From Dimorphilus gyrociliatus (Eukaryota; Animalia; Annelida): 64,000 bases of DNA. This document shows, in pieces, positions 16,345 to 28,062 of the stretch. Position 1 is the stretch's first letter; each line of letters begins with the position of its first letter. The notes beneath the pieces were generated by a model. That model did not search any database and was not told the DNA's origin. It worked only from the letters and a program-made list of their open reading frames with translations. Made by a program: the position numbers and the translations under genes. The stretch is from contig CAJFCJ010000028.1 in the NCBI GenBank assembly GCA_904063045.1, positions 248,001 through 312,000 on the forward strand, read 5' to 3'.

Positions 16345-19300
16345 ATGAGAATATTAACTGCCGCTCAAAAATTTTCCAAAACAACCAAACTCTGTTTGGA
16401 ACGTAATTTTTCTGTAACATCCCAGTTAGCACTCTCAAATAGAAAGGTTTACATTTTTTAAATTAATATATTTATAATGCATAAACTAACTGTACATTAA
16501 TTTAGCCTACAAAGGCTTCACTTATTTTGGAAAATGGAAAACGAATGCAAGGTTATACCTTCGGAAGTGAAGTTTCCAGTGCTGGAGAAGTAGTTTTCAA
16601 CACAGGATTAGTAGGGTAAGAATATAATATATTATATTTCTTGTTCGATATTTAATTACAAAACTTTAACTTTAACTTTAAAGATATCCAGAAGCTTTGA
16701 CAGATCCAAGCTATAGAGGTCAAATTTTAGCCTTAACATATCCTATTGTTGGCAATTATGGTGTGCCAAATACAAAAGAATTAGATGAGTTTGGACTTAG
16801 GAAATATGTCGAAAGTGATAAAATCCAGGTTTTCAACTTTTTTATTTGGCTTTTTTTGTTGAAGAACAAAAAAAACAAATTTAATTAATTAGCTAATTAA
16901 TCAATCAGGTTGCTGGGCTTTTGGTTCAAGACTATAGTCATCACTATTCCCATTGGAACGCAACCAAATCCCTATCGGACTGGTTGAAAGAGGACAATGT
17001 TCCAGCCTTGTACGGAATTGATACGAGACAACTTACAAAGCATATTCGAGATAAGGTAAAAAAGATAAAATTTGGATAATTTTAGATGTACCGGAAAATA
17101 AATATTCTCGTTTATTTAGGGAACGGTTCTGGGTAAAATTGAATTTACCGACCAGCCAATTGATTTCGTTGATCCAAACTTGAGAAATTTAATGGCTGAA
17201 GTATCAGTTAAAGAACCTCAGATATTTGGAAAAGGCAACAAATATAGAATTGTCGCATTGGACTGTGGCATAAAGCATAACATGATAAGAAATCTTGTAA
17301 AGGTAAGATAACTTAAAATTTTTTACAAGACTTTTTTCTTGATTACCTAGTTTTTAAAAAAAAAAAGCTTTATCATGGAATTTTTGTTTCCTAACCGTTG
17401 CTATAAATAACTGTAGAGAGGTGCTGAGGTCAAACTTGTACCATGGAATTATGATATATCGCAAGAGGAATACGATGGACTTTTCTTATCAAATGGACCA
17501 GGCGATCCAGCTTTATCAACTGATGCTATTAAAAACTTGAAAAAAGTTTGTATTTTATTAATTATTGGTTTTAATGGAATAGTTTGCAAATTAATTTTTT
17601 CTTAATTATCAAGGTATTGGATAGTGATAGGAAAGAACCTTTATTTGGTATTTGTATGGGTAACCAATTGACGGCTCTTGCAGCTGGTGCTGAAACATAT
17701 AAGCTCCCTTTGGGAAATAGAGGTCATAACCAACCAGTAATTAATATGTTAAATGGACAAGCATTCATTACATCTCAAAACCATGGATTCGCAATTAATG
17801 ACAAGACTTTGCCGGATGGATGGAAACCACTTTTTGTCAACGCAAATGACCAAACAAATGAAGGAATAATGCACGAAACCAAACCAATCTATACTGCTCA
17901 ATTTCATCCAGAAGCGTACGGTGGACCAACAGATACTGAGGTTTGTTTTTACATGAAATAAGCTTGTTATCTAGAAATAACTGTGTCCTTTTCAGTATTT
18001 GTTTGACAATTTTATGGATTTAGTTAAATCTCAGGGAAAGCATATTTCTAAAGTAGCTAAGCCTGTTATACCTATGCCTGAACGAATTCAAGTAAAGAAA
18101 GTTTTGGTTCTCGGAAGTGGTGGTCTATCTATTGGACAGGCTGGCGAATTTGATTATAGCGGTTCTCAAGCTATTAAGGCCCTAAAGGAGGAGAACATTG
18201 AAACAATTCTTATGAATCCTAATATTGCTTCTGTACAAACAAATGCTGAGGGTGAGAAACAAGCTGACAACGTTTATTTCTTACCAATTACACCTGATTA
18301 CGTTGAGAGTGTTATCAAGGAGGAGAAACCCGACGGTATTCTATTATCTATGGGAGGTCAAACAGCCTTAAACTGCGGTGTAGAATTATACAAGAAAGGA
18401 ATTTTTAAGAAATATGACGTTAAAGTACTTGGCACACAAATCGATTCAATCATATCAACAGAAGATAGGCAAATTTTTGCTGATAAACTAAAAGAAATTA
18501 ATGAAAAGTTGGCTCCTTCCATAGCTGTCGAAACTGTCGAAGATGCAATTAAGGTCAAATTTCAAATGCGTAGCATTTTTAAGCATAGATATATTATATT
18601 TCTATATTATATGTTATATTTACTAATTTGGTAAATTGTTGTAGGCTGCTGAAGAAATAAAATATCCAGTCATGCTTAGAGCGGCATATGCCCTAGGAGG
18701 CTTCGGTTCTGGTGTGGCTGAGAATGAAGAAAAACTTCGAGATATTGCAACTAAAGCTTTGGCTTATTCCAGTCAAATCTTAGTAGAACAAAGTTTACTT
18801 GGGTGGAAAGAAGTAGAATACGAAGTGGTTAGAGACGCACATGATAATTGCATTACTGTATGTAACATGGAAAATTTCGATCCTCTTGGCGTTCATACAG
18901 GAGACTCTATTGTTGTTGCTCCAAGTCAGACATTATCTAATCAAGAATATCACATGTTGAGAGAAACTGCTATTAAGGTTGTTAGACACTTTGGAATTGT
19001 TGGAGAGTGCAATATTCAATACGCATTGCATCCTGAATCTTTAGAATATTGTATTATTGAAATTAACGCCCGATTGTCAAGAAGCTCGGCTTTGGCATCC
19101 AAAGCTACCGGATATCCTTTGGCTTTTATAGCAGCTAAATTGGCTTTGGGAATTACTTTACCAAAGATTCCTAATGCTACAACAATGTCCACAACTGCAT
19201 GTTTTGAACCTAGTCTCGACTATATCGTGACCAAAATTCCAAGATGGGACTTGGATAGATTTCAACATACATCTAAAGAAATTGGTAGTTCAATGAAAAG

Positions 19301-22145
19301 TGTGGGCGAAGTAAGAACTAAATATCAATCTCTATCGAACATTCAATTTTTTTTTAATTACAGGTTATGGCTATAGGTAGAACTTTTGAAGAGAGTTTAC
19401 AAAAAGCTCTTCGAATGACACATCCATCTGTGGATGGATTCACAGCAAAACTTCCGGCTGGCAAAGACTATCCTGAAGATTTCAAGTTAAACGATAATCT
19501 AAAACAGCCACAAAATTCCCGTATTCATTATATCTGCAAGGTCTACTTTTAAATTAATTAATCTAAATTCATAAAACTGACTTCAAAAATGAACAATACA
19601 TAGGCCCTACAAGAAGGAAAAACTGTTAATGACATTCATCAATTAACACAAATTGATCCATGGTTCCTGCATAAACTTAATCGTATTGTAAAAATGGAAA
19701 AGAACTTTGCAAAACTTGATTGGTAAAAATATAATAATTATTTATTTATTATTTATATCATATTATAAAAAAATTATAGGTCTCAACTAGACAATGAAGA
19801 TATACTACTTGCCAAACAGGCAGGTTTTTCAGATAAACAATTAGGATCTGCGTTGAAGTTGCCAGAAAGTGAAGTAAGAAAGATAAGAGAAAGTAAAAAC
19901 ATTAAGCCCTTCGTTAAACAAGTATGATTTTTAATGAGAATAACTCTTGTTTAAAAGTTACTATTTTATGATTAGATTGATACAATGGCTGCTGAATATC
20001 CTGCAGTAACAAACTATTTATATTGTTCATACAATGGAATGGTAGATATCTTTTATTTGATAGCTAATTTCTTCATTGATAATCTTTTCATTATTATATT
20101 TTTAAAAGGAACATGATGTGACCTTTAATGACAAGGGAACAATGGTTATGGGTTGCGGTCCCTACCATATTGGTAGTTCTGTTGAATTTGATTGGTGTGC
20201 CGTATCTTCTATTAGAACTTTAAGACAGGACGGCGAAAAGACTATTGTTGTTAATCATAATCCAGAAACAGTGTCAACTGATTTTGATGAGTGTGATAAA
20301 TTATATTTTGAAGAATTATCTTTGGAAAGAGTGATGGATATCTACGAACAAGTACGTCAATATCTGTATCCACTATGGTAAAAGAAACACCATAGATTAT
20401 AGGAGCAGTTTATTAATAGTTTAATATCAAATGCCATCTATTTATATATATATATATATGTTTACAGGAAAAATGCAAGGGAGTTATAGTATCCGTCGGA
20501 GGGCAAATCCCAAACAATCTTGCTTTACCGTTGTATAAGAATGGGGTAAACGTATTGGGTACTTCGCCGATAATGATTGACAAAGCCGAAGATAGATCCG
20601 TATTTTCTGCAATTTGTGATGAAATTGGAGTAGAACAAGCCTCTTGGAGAAGTTTGAGCAGTTTGGTAAGTTGTTCATATAAATTTAATTAGCTTAATAA
20701 ACAATTAATAAATTATTGTCAACTCTTACAGGAAGATGCTTTGGACTTTGCTGCATCTGTTGGTTATCCGTGTTTGCTTCGACCATCCTATATCCTTTCA
20801 GGTTCTGCCATGAATGTAGCCTATGGGCCTCAAGAATTGAAAAAATTCTTGCAGCAAGCTGCTGAAGTTTCCCAGGATCATCCTGTTGTTATTACTAAAT
20901 TCATTCTTGGAGCTAGAGAAGTTGAAATGGATGCTGTTGCAAAGGATGGACAGGCTCGTTTTTTCTTTATTTTCTTTTTAATTTAATTAATGCTATTGTT
21001 TTCATTTAGGTTGTGGGTCACGCAATGTCAGAGCATGTCGAGGATGCTGGAGTTCACAGTGGAGATGCTACACACATCCTTCCAACTCAAACTATAAGCG
21101 AAGAAGCCATTAACAAAGTAGATATATTATTTAAATACTCTTCTTAATTTTATATTTTCAAAAATTTCGTTTAAAGATTAAAGATGTCACTCGTAAAATT
21201 GCCAAACGATTTGAAATATCAGGACCTATGAATATGCAGTTTTTAGTAAAAGATAAGGATGTTTTCGTGATAGAAATGAACCTTAGAGCCTCAAGATCAT
21301 TCCCATTTGTATCAAAGACTATCGGAACTGATTTGATAGCATTAGCAACGAAGATTATGACTAATCATCCGATTGATATTGAATCTCTTCCAACATTAGA
21401 AAACCCTCATAATCCCAAAGATTATATTGGGCTAAAAGCGCCTATGTTTTCTTGGCCTCGTTTAAGAGATGCTGACCCTCTTCTCCGATGTGAAATGTCC
21501 TCCACTGGTGAGGTAGCTTGCTTCGGAAAGGACGTTCATTCAGCCTTCTTGAAAGCTATAATGTCAACTGGGTACGAATAGAAGATTACTGTTTACCTTT
21601 TCGATTCTTTTTCCTATGTATTTAATTTTCAATTTTAGATTTAAACTGCCGCCAAAGAATGGAAAAATCTTAATTGGAATCCAACATAGCTTCCAGCCTG
21701 ACTTTTTACCAACTGCAAAGGCGTTCAATGATAGAGGATATCAACTCTATGCCACACAGGCCACCGCTGAATATTTAGAACAGCATAACATACCAGCCAA
21801 AACGGTCGGATGGCAAGTAGCTAAAAATGCTGGTGATGAAGAATTTCCAACAGCAACCAAATTAATTCAAAATAAGGAAGTGGATTTGGTTGTGAATCTT
21901 CCAAATCATAACACGAAGTATGTCCAAGATAATTACTTGATAAGACGATCGGCTATAGATGCCGGTGTACCTCTACTAACAAACTTTCAGGTTTGTAATC
22001 AAAACTCTATTACCATTAATACTTATTAGACTTTCACCTACAGATTGTAAAGTTATTCGCTGAAGCTTTGGATCACGCTGAAGACTTAGATGTATCTTCA
22101 TTGTTTCATTATAGATTGAAAAAAGATAAAACATCCTCTGTTTAG
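16345..22145 (+). CDS. CPS1: Mitochondrial carbamoyl-phosphate synthetase, CPS1 orthologue of CPS III type (about 19 exons)
   Basis: Basic transit-like N-terminus [15 protein letters not shown]; [66 protein letters not shown]. It ends IVKLFAEAL...SLFHYR like CPS1 and does not continue into DHOase/ATCase as CAD would. Confidence 0.95.
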
Positions 22146-22458
22146 TTGTTTGATCTAAATAAAAGAAATGCAATTGCTTGCATAAACCAGTAGCAACGAG
22201 CGTTTTCTATTATCTTTAAAGATAATTTAAAGAGCTGTAATAGTATGTCACATATTGACATTCACCATGCACTGTAGAATTAGTCTATTTGATATTATTC
22301 ATATTTTAGGAGCATGGTATAGTTAATTTTAGTAATAGTCGAAAAGAATTGATTTGAAATTTCCGCCAAAAAATATAATTTACGAATGCTGTTTTCAGCT
22401 ATAGGTGGCGCTAAATAATTTTCCGAAATAGTTGAAGATCCGGTGAACAGCGATGTGG

Positions 22459-22470
22459 CTCTTCCTTTCC
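22459..22470 (+). promoter_or_regulatory. TCT/5'TOP-like start of RPS28
   Basis: CTCTTCCTTTCC lies 14 nt upstream of the RPS28 ATG. Confidence 0.7.
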
Positions 22471-22484
22471 GCCATTAAACCAGC

Positions 22485-22872
22485 ATGGACAAGCAAGGAA
22501 ATCCTGTTAGACTCGCTAAAGTAAGAATTTAATTATTTCTTATGAAAGTTTTTGATTTTAACTTACTCTGTTAAAGTTAAAGAACATTTCTAACCAAGAA
22601 AATTTAAAAAAAATGCTTTTAACAATGATTTGTTCCTTTATCTGACGATAATGGGGAAGCATGTCGCTGCCATTTTGTATTAAGTTTTTTTTTCCTTTCA
22701 GGTTACTAAAATTTTAGGCCGTACTGGCTCGCAAGGGCAATGTACCCAAGTTCGCGTCGAATTTATCGATGAACAGAACCGTTCTATCATCCGTAACGTT
22801 AAAGGCCCAGTTCGTGAAGGCGACATTTTGACTCTTCTCGAATCTGAAAGAGAAGCAAGAAGACTCCGATAG
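22485..22872 (+). CDS. RPS28: 40S ribosomal protein S28 (eS28); 2 coding exons plus two 3'UTR exons (23137-23168 and 23324-~23400)
   Basis: [12 protein letters not shown]|[56 protein letters not shown]. The stop TAG is immediately followed by GTAATT; AATAAA at 23375. Not in the ORF track. Confidence 0.97.
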
Positions 22873-22987
22873 GTAATTATTAAAACCTTTCACTCATAGA
22901 CAAGTGTTCGATAGCACGCTGCATAAGCACGATGCATTTTAACTCAAAATTCTGACGTGTTGTCGAACCACGTGCTACGTAGAGCAA

Positions 22988-23114
22988 CCCACTTCCAGCT
23001 CCTAAGAGATAAGAAATTCGTTTCTTAGGCGTTTTCCCTTGTGGGAGATTAGTATCTTTGATCTATATTTAGTATTGATATATAAATGCTAGATACGCTT
23101 GCAAAGTTACAACT
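22988..23114 (+). ncRNA. Box H/ACA snoRNA, SNORA10/ACA10-like (predicted guide for LSU rRNA pseudouridine), in an RPS28 3'UTR intron
   Basis: Hairpin CCCAC/GTGGG with upper stem CCTAAGA/TCTTAGG and pocket TTCCAGCT / CGTTTTC. H box AGATTA at 23046-23051, a second hairpin (ATCTATATTTA/TAAATGCTAGAT), ACA at 23109-23111, total about 127 nt. The pocket is complementary to LSU rRNA GGGAACG-U-G-AGCUGGG. Confidence 0.8.
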
Positions 23115-23715
23115 CTAATAATTTTTTTCTCTGCAGATTTCGTGAACTGTCCAAAGAAGATCAGACAGGTAATAGTCCTTAGTTTCAACTCTGGCCTCCA
23201 CCATTCTAAACGTAATTAACTATTTGTACTTAATTACCTATAACAATAAATAAGACATACTACCTACTATACGTTTTTTAAGTATTCGTTATGAAAAACA
23301 CTGATGATTGTTAATTTTTACAGGTCCGTCAGATGTCTATTGTTATGGCGTTATAAATGTACATTTCACTTGCGAATAAAAAAATTACATGATCAGATAT
23401 TGTTATGTTTGTTATTTATTTTCTTTAAAAAATACAATAAATTGTTCTGAAAAAACGTGAGTTATTGTAAATATAGGTGTCGCTAGTTATTAAAAAAAAT
23501 CATACCGGAAACGGAAACAAGTGATTTCAATATTTTTGCTCTTTAAGACTTCTCACTTGATCACTCTTTCGGGCTTTGTAGTTTAACTACTGCCGCAACG
23601 TGGGTTATGGGCTAGCAATGATTTGATTTATGACCAACTCTAAGTGTTTGCGTCGTATTAATACATAAAGGAAGGAAGCTAGCTTAATAAAATTACCTAT
23701 AAATTTATAATCGAG

Positions 23716-25649
23716 ATGTCGTCAAAGAAGTTAAATGAAGCAAACGTCCAAAAGAAGCTCAAGGAAGTTGAGAATACCATAGACAGTATTCAAACGTTAT
23801 CTTTATGGATAATTCATCATAAGGCTAATCATGAAAGAATTGTAGATCTTTGGCTGAAGTCACTTCAAGAAGGTTGTTATTTTTTAAACAGCTTTAACGA
23901 TAATTGCTATATTTCTCTTTCTTTCATAGCAACTCTGGCCCACAGAGTGACATTGTTCAACTTATGTAATGATGTTGTTCAAAATTGCAAACGAAAACAC
24001 GCTCCAATGTATCAAGATTCATTTAAGAGAGTTTTGACGGATGCTGCTGAATACGTTAAGTAAGATATGAAAGCAATTCTATGTAGATTATAACAGTAAT
24101 GGCTGATATGATAAACAAATATTAGCATAATTCTGACATTTATGACGCTTCCACTTTTTCATTAATTTCTATTTGTTACTATTTTAGAGATGAAGCAATC
24201 CGACAGAAAATTACGCGATTAGTTAAGATTTGGGCAGATAGAAAAGTATACGACAAAGAATTTTTGGTTAATTTAGCTGGAATACTAGGTAGTATGCTAA
24301 TACAATTATTCAAAGTTTGTTCGATTAACAATAATTGTAGTATAAAGCGACAGCTTTTTCAATAGTGTCGATAATTTATTCTGAAAGCTGCTGCAATAAT
24401 GCACGTGTGTGTATTATAAAAAAGAAAAGCGAAATAAAGTATTTTATTTAATTCATTATTTTGTCATATAGATGGCAGAAAAGTAGATACTGATGCTTCG
24501 CACGTTGCGTCTGTGGTTGATGACTTCAAAGTAAGTAAAGTTATTATTCGCTGAATAAATAGTCTTATTTCTAAAATGTAATTATGTTTAAAAGCCTGAG
24601 AAAATTTTAAAAAGGGCAAATAGCTTAAATCCTATTAAAGCTAAGACGGAGAACTTGGACAAGGCACTACGAAATGCAAGAGTTGACGCATCGAACATTG
24701 AGGCAATTAAACAATTAAAAGGTTTATTATTAAAATATAAAGATTCAATAATTACTTAATCTGTAAATATTTACAAGAACAATTCTTAACAGATTTGAAT
24801 CAAGGAAAAGAGTTTTATCAGAATTTTGAAGATTCAGTTGTGAAACTAAAGACCTACGTTGGATATTTAAAGGATGAAATAGTTCAGAGGAAAAGTCTGA
24901 TTGAAGTTTTAGAAGAAGGTTCTAATTATTATTCAACACAAGAAAACGATGCTAAAATAGTAGCAAAAGCTTACAAAAACTTTGGAAAAAGAATGCAAAA
25001 CTGTTCAACTTTGTTGGATCAAAAAATCAAAATCCTTCCTGAACCTGCTACTGACGACAGGGAGCAAGTTGATATGGATCTAGAAGATGATCAGGACTTA
25101 GATCTCCAACTATCACCAATAGCTCCAGAATCAATGAAACCTCTACCGAATCGTGTTCCACCCATGGTAAAAAATACAGCTGCCTCGTTCATGGGAAACT
25201 CAAATATGGGCCAGCAAATTCAAACTTTGGAACTCAATCAAAATGATCCGCGATCCAGACGACGAGAAAAGAATACAGGGATGGAATTTCTGTCTAATTT
25301 ATTTGCACACAATGAACATGGCAATAAAATGCCAACATCTTTCATGCCTGAAGCTTGGAGAAATTCCGGTTCTCAGGGTGATACGCGAAAACCTGCCCAT
25401 CCTTCGTCTGTCCCCTCACCATACACAAGCAACAGACCTTTGAACCCTCCTACTCCCAACTATTACCATAATCGTGCCTCCATACCTAGAACAGGGATCG
25501 AATTAGATCCAATTGCAGCCGATCAACAAAAATTTATCGAAAGACTAAAAGATAGTCGCCAGCCCAGTAGTTTTCAACGGGTAGAGGAAGAACTGCATTC
25601 AGATGGAACACCAGTTCACGATGAAAATAGTGGATTAGCACTAATATAA
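23716..25649 (+). CDS. RPRD2: CTD-interacting domain protein, RPRD2-like; 3' end uncertain (possible further exon at ~25697-25810)
   Basis: CID: TIDSIQTLSLWIIHHK, HRVTLFNLCNDVVQNCKRK, LVKIWADRKVY. The second region ARVDAS...KTYV...YSTQENDAKIVAKAYKNFGKRM resembles RPRD2 more than RPRD1. Confidence 0.8.
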
Positions 25650-26187
25650 ACTTTTCAATATTTTAAGTTTTGTTGTGCCACATCTATTTATCGTAGAGAA
25701 AAAATCTGCGACGCACGACCTATAAAATTAAAACTAGGATTACGAAGAAACGGACCATCAATAAACTGACAGAATTTAGAACAAAAGACCCTGAGGTTTT
25801 CATTTGATGTAACGCTGGCCAAAATAATATTTTATTTTTTTTGTCTGGTAAAAAATATATATAAAGATAGATAAATTGTTAACTGAAATTCTTTGAGAAA
25901 AAACAAGAAAGTGTCCTCTTTTGTTACGTAAAATGATTTTATATGCATATTTATTATATTACTCTGTTACTAGATTTATAACCTTTCCAGGAAACATTCT
26001 TTTCACTGAAGTTAGAATTAGATATAATCAAACTTATGAAAAAATACGGTGGAATGTAATAAGATATGTGATGGATATTTTACAGGAAACCTAAATAGTT
26101 CATAACTGAAACGAGAGAAAAAGATGATAATTTTTTTGATGATTTATGATGGCAGTTAATTTATAAGCTACATTAAGCGCATATTTA

Positions 26188-26806
26188 TCATGTCGCTGAT
26201 GTGTGTATTGTTTCTAGCTGGTTCTTTATATCGGGCAATTGTTCTGCGCTGAAAAATTTTTGTTTTTTTGTTAATTTTTATATGAAACTGTTGAAAAAAG
26301 ATAAAAAATAATCATATTTGATACTATACAAACCTAGTGTTGATGGCGTCTATTCTGTTATAGGAGAGGAAGGGGAAACAGAATTTTATATCATTTCATT
26401 ATAGAAAAGGATCACTTACTGATAATTTAAATGTTGAGATAATAACGACATCTTCTTTAAAGTCTATAAAACAATAAAAATTTAGTCGTAATTTTATAAC
26501 CTAAAACTATGGATGAAGATTTGTCTTACAGTTAATGAATTTTCTATAGCACCTTCTAATAGAGTAAAGTTCTTGCTTGTTTTTTCTATAGCCTAAAAAG
26601 GTTTTTCATTTGAGAACGATCAATCATAATAAATGATGATTTTAAAATTTGATGATAAATATATACGCATAACTAACCTCTAGTGATTTGGAACCTTTCG
26701 ATACTTGCTTACAAAGAGATCCAAGATCATTTATGTTATTTGCAACCTTCTCAGATAATCGAGATTTTATTTCTTGATGCCAGTTTTTTGATCCGGAACC
26801 CGCCAT
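26188..26806 (-). CDS. BORCS7: BLOC-1-related complex subunit 7, 5 small exons, 105 aa
   Basis: Exons 26806-26678, 26592-26530, 26463-26420, 26354-26334 and 26248-26188 (all GT-AG, in frame) give MAGSGSKNWHQEIKSRLSEKVANNINDLGSLCKQVSKGSKSLEAIEKTSKNFTLLEGAIENSLTTLKKMSLLSQHLNYQIDAINTSAEQLPDIKNQLETIHTSAT*. This is collinear with remembered human BORCS7 (VKGLLTEKV...LTKQVLKGSRSSE...LRKMAIITTHLQYQ). Confidence 0.88.
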
Positions 26807-26904
26807 GTTTGTTTATAGCATAAAAAGTAAAATAGTCTTCATTTTGTGCTCTTTCCGTCTGCTGAGCTATATAAATCGAAAGTAAGAGTCATAATTCAGC
26901 AAAA

Positions 26905-28062
26905 ATGTCAGAAGTAATAGAGGATGATAGTATTGATATGAACAAGTTAAATCAAGTATTAAAATCCTTGAATCAATAGTAAGTATGTGTATTGAGCGAT
27001 AAAATAATAGTTTAATTTACAATTATTCCTAGTACTGAATATGATATTCTTGCAAGAGAAGTCTTAGGTAAAGATATTGTTGTGTTCGAAGACAAAGTTG
27101 CATTTTCCGTTGAACTATCTACTAGTATTGCTCGAAATGCTCTAAAAAAGCTATTTCATTCAAATAAAGAACTGGATAATTTTGAAGTTTGCCGGCTATC
27201 AACAATTTTACTTCTTTTCTTTCCCGATGTTAATAGTGCTTGGAATCGAAGAAGGCACTTAATTCTAACAGGATTTCTACAACCAAAGGATGAGCTAATC
27301 TTTAGTAGTCTTATTTTAGGAAAATTTCCCAAGTGCTTTTCGGCTTTTTGTTATAGGTAATTGAATCCAATTATTTCAATCACATTATTAATCATATCTA
27401 TTTTAGGAGGTTTATAATTACTAGATGTGGCTTGTGTCTTGAAGATATAGTACAAAAGGAGGTTGAGGTGTGCGACAAAACAGCAAGATTATATAGTAAC
27501 AATTATTATTCATGGACTCATAGAATCTGGTTTGTTCAGTTATATTGTAAATCATCAGCTAAGAAATCAGAGGTAAAAAGACTTTGTATCTTATATTCTA
27601 ATTAAATAATTTCAATGTAATATCTATTTTATTTAGTTGTTAACTACTGAATTTTCAATATCGAAGAAATATGTCGAATACCATATAAGTGATTATAGTG
27701 GATTACAGTATCGTCAATTTCTTTTATCTTTAATGAATGAGTGCTTAAAAGAAGAGCTATATTTTACAGATTCCCTTATAAGAATCTATTCTGAGCACGA
27801 ATCTCTGTGGTATCATAAAAGATATGTACTTAATCAAATATTAAAAGGACGAAATAATCTAGAAAGAAAAGACTTAATAGAAAATGAAAAATTGTTTATC
27901 GATGACTTAAAAAAGAGGTTGTAATCTGCTAAATATGCATTAGAAGCTGTTTATTAAATGATTTTGTTTATTAACATTTACAGGAACGGCGATAATGAAA
28001 ATTTTATACAAAGAAACGTTCAGAATTATGAATCTTGGTTAAAAAGATCTTTAATGGCTTAA
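26905..28062 (+). CDS. PTAR1: Protein prenyltransferase alpha subunit repeat-containing protein 1 (GGTase-III alpha), 5 exons
   Basis: LLLFFPDVNSAWNRRRHLI, LILGKFPK, NNYYSWTHRIW, HISDYSGLQYRQFLL, HESLWYHKRY: successive PPTA repeats as in PTAR1. Confidence 0.85.
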
